64,000 nt of DNA, taken from the NCBI GenBank assembly GCA_934464585.1, contig CAKSJY010000004.1, positions 8,092 through 72,091 on the forward strand, read 5' to 3'. The notes below the pieces were generated by a model, which was given only the letters and a program-made list of their open reading frames with translations, was not told the origin of the DNA and did not search any database. The DNA comes from an uncultured Eubacteriales bacterium (GTDB lineage Bacteria > Bacillota > Clostridia > Oscillospirales > Acutalibacteraceae). Shown piece by piece: positions 10,167 through 18,747 of the stretch. The position numbers and the translations under genes are program-made. Numbering within the stretch: position 1 is the stretch's first letter; each line of letters opens with the position of its first letter.

Positions 10167-10382
10167 TTACTCCTCATAAATAAATATTTCTTCGATTTTT
10201 TTTCCAAATAGATTAGCAATCTTAAATGCTAAAATTATGGACGGTTCATAACGTTCATTTTCAATTGAACTTACTGTTTGACGTGACACTTCTAACTTAT
10301 CTGCAAGTTCACTTTGCGTCATTTTTAATTGCTTCCTCAACTTTTCTACATTGTTTTTCAAACTCCTACACCTTCTGCCCAT
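10167..10382 (-). CDS. small XRE-family HTH regulator
   Basis: The core MTQSELADKLEVSRQTVSSIENERYEPS is a canonical HTH_3 motif. The true start may be the internal TTG (about 10361) behind AAGGTG. Confidence 0.8.
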   Translation of the reverse strand: MGRRCRSLKNNVEKLRKQLKMTQSELADKLEVSRQTVSSIENERYEPSIILAFKIANLFGKKIEEIFIYEE

Positions 10383-10384
10383 TT

Positions 10385-10434
10385 TGTAAAGTTAACTTTA
10401 CAATTATAATACCATCTACAAAACAATATGTCAA
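10385..10434 (-). promoter_or_regulatory. putative sigma-A promoter plus palindromic operator of the XRE operon
   Basis: On the minus strand: TTGACA (10429-10434), 17 nt, TATTAT (10406-10411). This is immediately followed by the perfect 18-bp palindrome TGTAAAGTTAACTTTACA (10385-10402). Confidence 0.5.
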
Positions 10435-10484
10435 GCTTGTTTTACATTTTTAAAAACAAATTTTTCATAATTAAGTATTTATAA

Positions 10485-10525
10485 CAAAAAAGTCTCAAAT
10501 GCAAACTTGTGCATTGAGACTTTTA
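10485..10525 (-). terminator. rho-independent terminator downstream of the S1-domain gene
   Basis: Stem AGTCTCAA(A)TGCA/TGCATTGAGACT with one bulge. It is followed on the minus strand by TTTTTTGTT. Confidence 0.7.
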
Positions 10526-10563
10526 AACAATATGATATATCGTTAAATATATTAAAAGAGTGA

Positions 10564-11508
10564 TTAAACATATTCCTTTTCCGGTTTACCAAATACTTCT
10601 ACTTCATACTTGCTTGAATTTTCAGGGGAATATACAAACTTATCTATATGATTACCTTTATAAAAATAATTTGGTGTACTTGGCATATACTCATAATCAA
10701 ACGTATCTATAATTATAAGCTTTACCTTCATTCTATCTGGTATTATATTTTTTATGTATACACTTGCCTGTTGCCCTGGCTTTACGCCTTCCTTTGGTTC
10801 TGCTAATCCGGCTAAGTTTGGCGCTAACTCAACAAATACTCCATATTCCTCTACAGATCTTACAATTCCGGCAACTGTTTCCCCTATTGAAAACATTTTT
10901 GCATTTTCTTCCCATGTTCCAAGCAATTCTTTATGGGTTAAATTGACCCTTCCACCCTCAATAGATTTTACTACAGCTTTTATATTCATTCCAATAGAAA
11001 ATCGTTCTTTTGGGTGTGATATTCTTGAAATTGATATTGTATCTATTGGCAAAAATGATACTATACCACAACCTATATCTGCAAATGCACCAAAGGACTC
11101 AAGATGAGTTACTTTTGCGTCTATTATATCACCGGCAACCAAATTATTAATATAATTTCGCATACAGATTTCCTGCGCCTTACGTCTGGAAAGAATAGCT
11201 ATGCTGTTTCCGCTGCTATCCTTTGTAAATCCGGTTATTATAAAGCAGACCGGTCGATTCACTCTGGAAATCACTGCAATATCCCTAACTTCACCTTCTC
11301 TTATTCCTATAGCCCCCTCTTCTCGGGGAATAATTCCACGCATCGATCCTAAGTCTACTATTAAATTATGTTCTGAATCGCAAACAGTTGCACGAGCCTC
11401 CAATATTTTTTCGCTGTGACACGCCTCTGTTAAACTTAGCGAAGACATCAAAGTGTTTCTGTTTTCTACTGTATCAATCAGCCATCCTTCCGGATAAAAT
11501 TCTATCAT
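10564..11508 (-). CDS. S1 RNA-binding domain protein (multiple S1 repeats)
   Basis: Repeated S1 signatures are present (GDIIDAKVTHLESFGAFADIGCGIVSFLP; GETVAGIVRSVEEYGVFVELAPNLAGL). Confidence 0.75.
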   Translation of the reverse strand: MIEFYPEGWLIDTVENRNTLMSSLSLTEACHSEKILEARATVCDSEHNLIVDLGSMRGIIPREEGAIGIREGEVRDIAVISRVNRPVCFIITGFTKDSSGNSIAILSRRKAQEICMRNYINNLVAGDIIDAKVTHLESFGAFADIGCGIVSFLPIDTISISRISHPKERFSIGMNIKAVVKSIEGGRVNLTHKELLGTWEENAKMFSIGETVAGIVRSVEEYGVFVELAPNLAGLAEPKEGVKPGQQASVYIKNIIPDRMKVKLIIIDTFDYEYMPSTPNYFYKGNHIDKFVYSPENSSKYEVEVFGKPEKEYV

Positions 11509-11580
11509 TTTAATACCTCCAATTATTGTCTGCTAAAAATTTATATGATAATAAAATCCGGCTTATTCCTGACACAAAGC

Positions 11581-11613
11581 AAAAAGTCACCCCTGAAATC
11601 AGGGATGACTTTT
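11581..11613 (-). terminator. rho-independent terminator after beta-helix paralog P1
   Basis: Stem AGTCA(C)CCCT/AGGG(A)TGACT with a 6-nt loop. It is followed on the minus strand by TTTTTGCTTTG. Confidence 0.7.
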
Positions 11614-11686
11614 CCATTATTACTTATTAAATTTTTTCTATAAAATACTATCTATATTAATATGGTCATTAAGTTAGCCAATAAGT

Positions 11687-13456
11687 CTAACATCCATATC
11701 TATCTTCCGGTGAGTTGCCTGTAATTACTGCACTTACGTCAGTTATTTTAACCTTACCTTTGTTGTTATAAATACCTCCACCAGAACATTCCACTTCGTT
11801 ACTGGAAATATTTCCACCCTTCATCTCAAAAGTACCGTAGCCATTATAAATGCCACCACCATCTAGTGCTCTATTACCCGAGATTGTTCCATTATTCATT
11901 ATAAAAGTAGCACCATTTTTATTATAAACACCACCGCCACTAGTATAGCAAGGGTCTCCGTTTTCTAATACCGTGCCTCCAGTCATATCAAATGTAGCAC
12001 AGTTGTAAATACCACCGCCGTTTAATGCTCCTTTGTTTCCTGAAACTGTTCCTGCGGTCATTTCAAATTTACCGGCATTATAAATCCCACCACCATCTAA
12101 TGATCCCTCATTTTCTAAAATTATTCCTGCAATCATTTTAAATTTACCGGTATTATAAACACCACCACCATCTAATGATCCTTTATTTTTTGAGATTGTC
12201 CCCGCAGTCATTTCAAATTCATCAGAATTATAAACACCACCGCCACACTCTGCTTTATTTTCTGAAATTGTCCCATCAATCATCTTAAATTTACCAAACT
12301 GGCTATACCAATCTTTATGATTAAACACACCCCCACCTTTTGACGATGCTTCATTTTCTGAAATTTTTCCATTAATCATATTAAAAATATTTTCGTTATA
12401 AACGCCACCACCATGTGATGATGCTTTGTTTTCTGAAATTGTCCCATTGATCATATTAAAGGTACCAACACGATTATAAACACCACCTCCATGTGATGAT
12501 GCACTATTTTCCGAGATTGTACCCGCAGTCATTTCAAATTTACCAGAATTATAAACACCACCTCCATATTCAGTCTTATTTTTTAATATTTCCCCATTAG
12601 TCATTTTAAAAGATCTATAATTATATATACCTCCGCCACTCTCCGAAGCCTTGTTCCCAGAGACTTTTCCTCCTGTCATTTCAAGAGTACCATCGTCGTA
12701 AATACCACCGCCACAAGATAATGCCTCATTCTCTAAAATTTCTCCACCAATCATTTCGAAGATTTTACTGGGCTGGTTAAAAACCCCGCCACCACAAGAT
12801 GCCTCATTTTCTGAGATAGTTCCATTAAATAATTCAAAAATATCATCATTATAAACGCCTCCACCATGTGATGCGTTGTTTTTTGAGATTATTCCATTGG
12901 TCATTTTGAAAGTACCACAGTTATAAACACCACCACCATATTTTGCTTTGTTTTCTGAGATTACTCCTCCAGACATCTCAAACCTGCCACGATCATTATA
13001 AATGCCACCACTATTATTGTTTTTAATTGTGCCACTCTTCATTTCAAATCTAGCACCATGTATATAAACTGCTGAATCTGTGCTCATGATATTGATATTG
13101 CCATCTATAGTAATATTCTCCATTGTGACTTTAGAACCACAATCAACATATAACATAGTATGCTGAAAACTATTCCCACGCACAAGAGTCCCGCTACCAG
13201 TTAATGTAACATTCTGGTTTATACGAACAGTTTGGTCTATAGTCACCGTACCATTAATAGATATACTCGATCCGCTACTAGCTTCATCAATTGCTTTCTG
13301 AAGATCTTGGCTTGTACCACCATTGACATTAATACTTGTAGCTGCGAAAGATGTAACTGTCGTTACCATCATTGTAGCTAACAAAGTCATAAGTACTAAA
13401 AATCCACTTAGAATAAACCTGTTTCCAATTTTCATTTTACCCTTTGATATTGACAC
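11687..13456 (-). CDS. secreted beta-helix repeat protein, paralog P1 (589 aa, about 17 GGG[VI]YN repeats)
   Basis: Signal peptide ending TSFAA, then an N-terminal module (...VTLTGSGTL...ITIDGN). This is followed by about 24-aa repeats of the form GxFEMxxGxISxNxAxxxGGGVYN, reminiscent of polymorphic-membrane-protein / right-handed beta-helix repeats. GTG start behind AAGGGG. Confidence 0.75.
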   Translation of the reverse strand: MSISKGKMKIGNRFILSGFLVLMTLLATMMVTTVTSFAATSINVNGGTSQDLQKAIDEASSGSSISINGTVTIDQTVRINQNVTLTGSGTLVRGNSFQHTMLYVDCGSKVTMENITIDGNINIMSTDSAVYIHGARFEMKSGTIKNNNSGGIYNDRGRFEMSGGVISENKAKYGGGVYNCGTFKMTNGIISKNNASHGGGVYNDDIFELFNGTISENEASCGGGVFNQPSKIFEMIGGEILENEALSCGGGIYDDGTLEMTGGKVSGNKASESGGGIYNYRSFKMTNGEILKNKTEYGGGVYNSGKFEMTAGTISENSASSHGGGVYNRVGTFNMINGTISENKASSHGGGVYNENIFNMINGKISENEASSKGGGVFNHKDWYSQFGKFKMIDGTISENKAECGGGVYNSDEFEMTAGTISKNKGSLDGGGVYNTGKFKMIAGIILENEGSLDGGGIYNAGKFEMTAGTVSGNKGALNGGGIYNCATFDMTGGTVLENGDPCYTSGGGVYNKNGATFIMNNGTISGNRALDGGGIYNGYGTFEMKGGNISSNEVECSGGGIYNNKGKVKITDVSAVITGNSPEDRYGC

Positions 13457-13513
13457 ATTATTTCCCCTTTGACTTTTAAAGTTTTTAAAAGTATTTATTA
13501 ATCATTAATATTC

Positions 13514-14452
13514 TTAATCCAAATATCCATCTTCGGGTGCATTGCCTTCAATTACCGCTTTTTCCTCATTTATACGTACAATACCGCTACGTTTATAGTA
13601 ACCTCCACCATCACGATACGCCTTGTTTCCGGTTATTGTTCCTGCATTCATTTCAAATCTAGCAATGTAAATATAATCATCACCATAGTTCCAGTTAAAT
13701 ACGCCACCACCATATTCACTTGCATAGTTTTTTGAAATTATACCGCCATCCATTTTAAATGTACCACAGTTACAAACACCGCCACCATTTATTGACTCGT
13801 TTCCTGATATTGTTCCTCCAGTCATTTTAAAATTACTGTAGGACATATTATATACCCCGCCACCAAAAGATGACCTATTTCCTGATATTAATCCGTTAGT
13901 CATTTCAAAAGTGCCACGGTAGTTATAAACACCACCACCATGCAATGCATTATTTCCTAAAATTGTACCTCCAGTCATTTCAAAAGTACCACATTTATTG
14001 TAAACACCGCCATTTTGGTTGTTTTTAATTGTTCCACTTTTCATTTGAAACTTACCTTTGTATATATAAACCGCTGAGTTATCACTTTTGGTGCCATTAC
14101 CGTCTATAGTAATATCTTCCATTATGAGCTCAGAATTACTACCAACATACACCATGGCACCCTTAAATCCATCTTCATGGATAAGTGTTCCACTACCTGT
14201 TAATGTGATATTTTTGTTTACCTCGACTGTTTTGTCTACAGTGATTGTATCACTAATAAATATTCTATCTCCATTTTCAGCTTTATTAATTAATTCCTGA
14301 AGATCCTTGCTTGTCCCGCCATCGACATTACTTTCAGCCGCGAAAGATGTAACTGTTGTTACCATCATAGTAGCTAACAAGGTCATAAGTACTAAAATTC
14401 CACTCAAAATAAATCTGTTTCCAATTTTCATTTTACCTTTTGATACTGACAT
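13514..14452 (-). CDS. secreted beta-helix repeat protein, paralog P2 (312 aa, about 6 repeats)
   Basis: Same signal peptide and N-terminal module as P1 and P4. ATG start behind AAGGAG. Only 57 nt separate it from P1, so the two are probably co-transcribed. Confidence 0.75.
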   Translation of the reverse strand: MSVSKGKMKIGNRFILSGILVLMTLLATMMVTTVTSFAAESNVDGGTSKDLQELINKAENGDRIFISDTITVDKTVEVNKNITLTGSGTLIHEDGFKGAMVYVGSNSELIMEDITIDGNGTKSDNSAVYIYKGKFQMKSGTIKNNQNGGVYNKCGTFEMTGGTILGNNALHGGGVYNYRGTFEMTNGLISGNRSSFGGGVYNMSYSNFKMTGGTISGNESINGGGVCNCGTFKMDGGIISKNYASEYGGGVFNWNYGDDYIYIARFEMNAGTITGNKAYRDGGGYYKRSGIVRINEEKAVIEGNAPEDGYLD

Positions 14453-14512
14453 ATCATTTCTCCTTTAATTTTAAAAACTAAATCAAAAGCATTTGTGAAT
14501 CTCACTATCATT

Positions 14513-14541
14513 ATTATATGTTACCAAATAAAATATTTCAA
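14513..14541 (-). promoter_or_regulatory. sigma-A type promoter of P2(-P1)
   Basis: Minus strand: TTGAAA (14536-14541), 17 nt, TATAAT (14513-14518). The same architecture is present upstream of P3 and P4. Confidence 0.6.
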
Positions 14542-14680
14542 TATACATTTCGCACAAACATAACATATTCATTTAGTGCAACTTGTACAAAAATAAGGCA
14601 AATATATTAATTACCACTTATTAATGTTCTTATCTCAAATACTATTCACACTAGCAAGATAATTAACTTAAACAATACAA

Positions 14681-15598
14681 TTAAAACCCATACTTGTCCT
14701 CCGGTGAATTATATGTAAGTACTGCTCCTCTTTCACTTATCTTGACCTTACCACCACAATTATAGATACCTCCACCATAACATATCGCTTTGTTTTCTGA
14801 AATCGTTCCCCCTGCCATTTCAAAAACCCCACGATCGTTATAAACACCTCCACCTTCTAATGAGACTTTATTATCTAAGATTGTTCCTCCATTCATCCTG
14901 AAAGTACCACGATTATAAACACCACCTCCATGGCATGACCTTTTATTTTCTGAGATTGTACCTTTAATCATTTTAAATGTAGCACTTGTGTTATTATAAA
15001 CACCGCAGCCACGTGATAATGCTCTGTTTCCTGAGATTGTCCCTCCCCTCATTTCAAAAGTGCCATAATCGTTATAAACTCCACCGCCATCGAGATCCCC
15101 GTTTTTTGAAATTGTTCCCCCATACATCTTGAAAGTACCATGATTAAAAACACCACTATCATAATTGTTTTTAATCGTACCACTTTTCATTTGAAATTTG
15201 CCACTATCTATGTAAACCGCCGGTTTAGCGAAACTAACGTCATTACCATCTATAGTAATTCCTTTCATTATAGCTTCACTATGACGATCAACTTTTATAA
15301 TGCTTCCTCTAAATCCATTTTTACGCATAAGAGTTCCACTGCCAATTAATGTAATATTTCTATTTATTGTAACTGTTTCATCTATAGTAACCGTACCACT
15401 AATAGATATACTAGTTCCTTTTTTAGCCTCATCAATTGCCTTTTGAAGGTCCTTGCTTGTCCCACCATTAATATTACTTACAGCTGCAAATGATGTAACC
15501 GTTGTTATCATCATTATCACAAATAAAGTCAAAAGTACTAAAATTCCGTTTAGAGTACACTTGTCTCTAATATTTATTTTACACCTTGATGTTGACAT
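14681..15598 (-). CDS. secreted beta-helix repeat protein, paralog P3 (305 aa, about 6 repeats)
   Basis: Most divergent member (MSTSRCKINIRDK...) but it has the same organisation and the C-terminal NSPEDKYGF tail. Confidence 0.75.
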   Translation of the reverse strand: MSTSRCKINIRDKCTLNGILVLLTLFVIMMITTVTSFAAVSNINGGTSKDLQKAIDEAKKGTSISISGTVTIDETVTINRNITLIGSGTLMRKNGFRGSIIKVDRHSEAIMKGITIDGNDVSFAKPAVYIDSGKFQMKSGTIKNNYDSGVFNHGTFKMYGGTISKNGDLDGGGVYNDYGTFEMRGGTISGNRALSRGCGVYNNTSATFKMIKGTISENKRSCHGGGVYNRGTFRMNGGTILDNKVSLEGGGVYNDRGVFEMAGGTISENKAICYGGGIYNCGGKVKISERGAVLTYNSPEDKYGF

Positions 15599-15659
15599 AT
15601 TATCCTCCCTTAGCTTTTGAGAATTTCGCTAAAAATACTTGTTATTTTTAACTATTTTT

Positions 15660-15688
15660 ATTATATTCTCTTAAATAAAGTATTTCAA
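15660..15688 (-). promoter_or_regulatory. sigma-A type promoter of P3
   Basis: Minus strand: TTGAAA (15683-15688), 17 nt, TATAAT (15660-15665). Confidence 0.6.
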
Positions 15689-15732
15689 GGTGTATTTATA
15701 TAAACACAACATATTTTTATATAGTAATCTTC

Positions 15733-15767
15733 ACAAAATAAAAATCACCGTGTATTATACACAGTGA
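15733..15767 (-). terminator. terminator after P4 (duplicate copy of the rubrerythrin terminator)
   Basis: ATCACCGTGTATTATACACAGTGA hairpin plus a T-run on the minus strand. It is sequence-identical to 17283-17317. Confidence 0.65.
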
Positions 15768-15843
15768 CTTTTATTTTAATAATTTTTAATTTTAACCTAA
15801 AATACTATTTATATTAATATGGTCATTAAGTTAGCCAATAAGC

Positions 15844-17145
15844 CTAACATCCATATTTATCTTCCGGTGAGTTACCTGTAATTACCGCAATCTCCTCGGT
15901 TATCTTGACGTTACCACAGTTGTTATAGATGCCTCCACCATTATAAGCCTCATTTCCTGAGATGGTTCCACCAGTCATTCTAAAAGTGCTATAGTCGTTG
16001 TACACGCCTCCACCATGAGATAATGCACTGTTTCCTAAGATTGATCCGCCGGTCATATTAAACTTACCTGCACAGTCAGTATTATAAACTCCGCCGCCAT
16101 CTATACTTGCTTCATTCTTTGATACTGTTCCATCCAGCATTTTAAAAGTGGCAAAATCATTATAAACGCCACCACCATATCGTGCTTTATTTCCTGAAAT
16201 CGTCCCACATATCATTTCAAAATTACCAAAATGATTATAAATACCGCCACCATATCCGGCTTTATTTTCTGAGATCATTCCTCCACGCATTTCAGACAAA
16301 CCATCTAGCATACCGCATTCGCTATAAACACCGCCACCTCCTTTACTTGCCTTGTTTTTGGAAATTGTTCCTCCAATAATTTTAAATATGCCACAATCAT
16401 TATAAACACCGCCGCCATACGCCACTTCATTTTCCGAGATTGTTCCGTTAGTCATCGTAAAACTACCATTGCAGTTATAGACGCCTCCACCACAGCTTAT
16501 TGCTGCATTTGCCGAAATCATTTTATTTGTAATTCCAAAGGTAGTACAATCATTTGTGATTGCTCTATTTCCTGAAATGATGCCACCTTTCATCTCAAAT
16601 GTACCACGGTAGTTATAAACACCTGCACCATTTTGATCCTCATTATCTGAGATTGTTCCTCCTGTCATCTCGAAAGTGCCGTAGTAATTATTAATACCAC
16701 CGCTTTTGTTATTTTTAATCGTACCACTTCTCATTTGAAACTTACCTTTGTATATGTAAACCGCCGAGTTATTACTTTGGGTTTCATTACCGTCTATAGT
16801 AATATCCTCCATTATTAACTCAGAATTAGTGCCAACATACACCATAGCACCCTTAAATCCATCTTCACGGATAAGCGTTCCACTACCTGTTAATGTGATA
16901 TTTTTGTCTATATTAACTGTTTCGTCTATAGTAACTGTATCACTTATAAATATACTCGATCCGCTACTAGCCTTATTAATTGCTTTCTGAAGATCTTGGC
17001 TTGTACCACCATCGACATTAATGCTTGTAGCTGCAAAGGATGTAACTGTCGTTAGCGTCATAGTAGCTAACAAAGTCATAAGTACTAAAAATCCACTTAG
17101 AATAAACCTGTTTCCAATTTTCATTTTACCTTTTGATATTGACAC
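15844..17145 (-). CDS. secreted beta-helix repeat protein, paralog P4 (433 aa, about 10 repeats)
   Basis: The signal peptide and the 3' flank are nearly identical to P1. The N-terminal module is nearly identical to P2. The C-terminal tail is GNSPEDKYGC. Confidence 0.75.
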   Translation of the reverse strand: MSISKGKMKIGNRFILSGFLVLMTLLATMTLTTVTSFAATSINVDGGTSQDLQKAINKASSGSSIFISDTVTIDETVNIDKNITLTGSGTLIREDGFKGAMVYVGTNSELIMEDITIDGNETQSNNSAVYIYKGKFQMRSGTIKNNKSGGINNYYGTFEMTGGTISDNEDQNGAGVYNYRGTFEMKGGIISGNRAITNDCTTFGITNKMISANAAISCGGGVYNCNGSFTMTNGTISENEVAYGGGVYNDCGIFKIIGGTISKNKASKGGGGVYSECGMLDGLSEMRGGMISENKAGYGGGIYNHFGNFEMICGTISGNKARYGGGVYNDFATFKMLDGTVSKNEASIDGGGVYNTDCAGKFNMTGGSILGNSALSHGGGVYNDYSTFRMTGGTISGNEAYNGGGIYNNCGNVKITEEIAVITGNSPEDKYGC

Positions 17146-17207
17146 ATTATTTCCCCTTTAACTTCTAAAATTTTCTTTAAAAACATTTATTAATTACCAC
17201 TGTTTTT

Positions 17208-17236
17208 ATTATATTCTGTTAAATAAAATATTTCAA
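17208..17236 (-). promoter_or_regulatory. sigma-A type promoter of P4
   Basis: Minus strand: TTGAAA (17231-17236), 17 nt, TATAAT (17208-17213). Confidence 0.6.
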
Positions 17237-17282
17237 TATGCAATTTACACAAATATAAAATATTTTTATTGTATGATTTTTA

Positions 17283-17317
17283 CAAAAATAAAAATCACCG
17301 TGTATTATACACAGTGA
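17283..17317 (-). terminator. rho-independent terminator of rubrerythrin
   Basis: Hairpin TCAC(C)GTGTA-TTA-TACAC(A)GTGA followed on the minus strand by TTTTTATTTTTG. Confidence 0.7.
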
Positions 17318-17325
17318 CTTTTATT

Positions 17326-17865
17326 TTAATAATTTTCAGCTTTAACTTCAAAATATGATTTTTCATGTTTACATACAGGGCAAATATCCGGTGCCTTTTT
17401 ACCCCTATGAATACGTCCGCAGTTTCTGCATAACCATTCTGTTTCTTCTTCTTTTTCAAATACTTTTTCTGTTTTAATATTTTCAGCAAGCTTTAAAAAT
17501 CTTTCTTCGTGGGATTTTTCAATATCTGCCACCATGCTCATAGTTGCAGATATCTCATCAAAGCCTTCCTCCTTTGCGGTTTCTGCAAATTCTTTATACA
17601 TTTCAAACCATTCATAGTGCTCGCCTCTTGCAGCATCAAGCAAACATTCAGTCGTAGACGAAAATATATCACCCTTTAAATATTTAAACCAAATCTTCGC
17701 ATGTGCTTTTTCATTTGATGCGGTTTCTTCAAATATATCTGCAATTTGCTGATACCCATTTTTTCTTGCTACATCTGCATAAAATGTATACTTATTTCTT
17801 GCCTGTGATTCACCGCCAAATGCTGCCATCAAATTTTTCTCTGTTTTGCTTCCACTTAACTCCAT
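17326..17865 (-). CDS. rbr: rubrerythrin
   Basis: Ferritin-like diiron helices (ESQARNKY, EKAHAKIW, EHYEW, EKSHEERF) and a C-terminal rubredoxin-like CRNCG...CPVC. ATG (MELSGSK) lies 8 nt after GGAGG. Confidence 0.9.
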   Translation of the reverse strand: MELSGSKTEKNLMAAFGGESQARNKYTFYADVARKNGYQQIADIFEETASNEKAHAKIWFKYLKGDIFSSTTECLLDAARGEHYEWFEMYKEFAETAKEEGFDEISATMSMVADIEKSHEERFLKLAENIKTEKVFEKEEETEWLCRNCGRIHRGKKAPDICPVCKHEKSYFEVKAENY

Positions 17866-17919
17866 AAAAAAGACCTCCTTTTCCAATATTATTGGAAAAA
17901 TAAAGAACTTTTATGCAAA

Positions 17920-18747
17920 TTAATTCTCAACTAAGCTTTTATATATCTCTCCCTTTTTAATACCTGTTATTGCAGCCGCTTTTTTAGATGATTCTGAAAG
18001 TGAAAAACCTTTTTCTATTAAATCTTCTGCAATTTTCTGTGCATCCTCTAGACCATATGACTCCTTTTCCTCAGGTTCCTTACCTTCTATAATTAAGACA
18101 AACTCACCTTTTGGTTTTTCATCATTCATTCTTATTAGAGCCTGTTTAAATGTTGTTTTTATTACTTCCTCATGAATCTTAGTAAGTTCTCTAACTAATG
18201 TTATCCTTCTATCACCAAGTATGTTATACATATCCTCTAGGGTAGACTTCAACTTATGAGGTGCCTCATAGAATATCATCGTACGTTTTTCATCAATAAG
18301 CTCGATAAGGTGTTCCTTACGCCTTTTTTTATTAACACTCAAAAACCCCTCAAATGTAAATCGGCCTGTTTTCATACCTGAAATTGCAAGAGCTGATATC
18401 AATGCACTTGGTCCTGGCACAACTGTTACCTCAATACCTCTTTCAATACATTGGCATACAAGTTCTTCGCCCGGGTCTGATATAGCCGGCATTCCAGCAT
18501 CAGATACCAAAACACAGTTTTCACCATTTTGTATTCTATCGCAAATTATCTCACCTTTTTGAAATTTGTTATGCTCAAAATAACTAATCATAGGTTTTTT
18601 TATACCAAAATGATTCAAAAGTTTAATCGTTACACGTGTATCTTCTGCTGCTATAAAATCACAGTCTTTAAGTGTGTTTATTGCTCTTTCAGAAAAATCT
18701 CCTAAGTTTCCTATAGGTGTACCTACCACAAAAAGTTTTCCGCTCAT
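17920..18747 (-). CDS. rsmI: 16S rRNA (cytidine1402-2'-O)-methyltransferase
   Basis: The N-terminus KLFVVGTPIGNLGDFSERAINTLKDCDFIAAEDTR is the canonical RsmI N-terminus. Confidence 0.9.
   Translation of the reverse strand: MSGKLFVVGTPIGNLGDFSERAINTLKDCDFIAAEDTRVTIKLLNHFGIKKPMISYFEHNKFQKGEIICDRIQNGENCVLVSDAGMPAISDPGEELVCQCIERGIEVTVVPGPSALISALAISGMKTGRFTFEGFLSVNKKRRKEHLIELIDEKRTMIFYEAPHKLKSTLEDMYNILGDRRITLVRELTKIHEEVIKTTFKQALIRMNDEKPKGEFVLIIEGKEPEEKESYGLEDAQKIAEDLIEKGFSLSESSKKAAAITGIKKGEIYKSLVEN

Noticed and set aside
11687-17145. Strong short-period periodicity in the DNA that could be mistaken for a CRISPR or other non-coding repeat array.
   Set aside because: The periodicity is about 72 nt and lies entirely within long intact ORFs that encode the GGGVYN protein repeats. 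There are no unique spacers and no cas genes.
17295-17489. 64-aa ORF overlapping the 3' end of rubrerythrin on the same strand in another frame.
   Set aside because: It is nested in the rbr coding region and terminator. Its Lys-rich translation comes from AT-rich sequence and nothing supports it as a gene.
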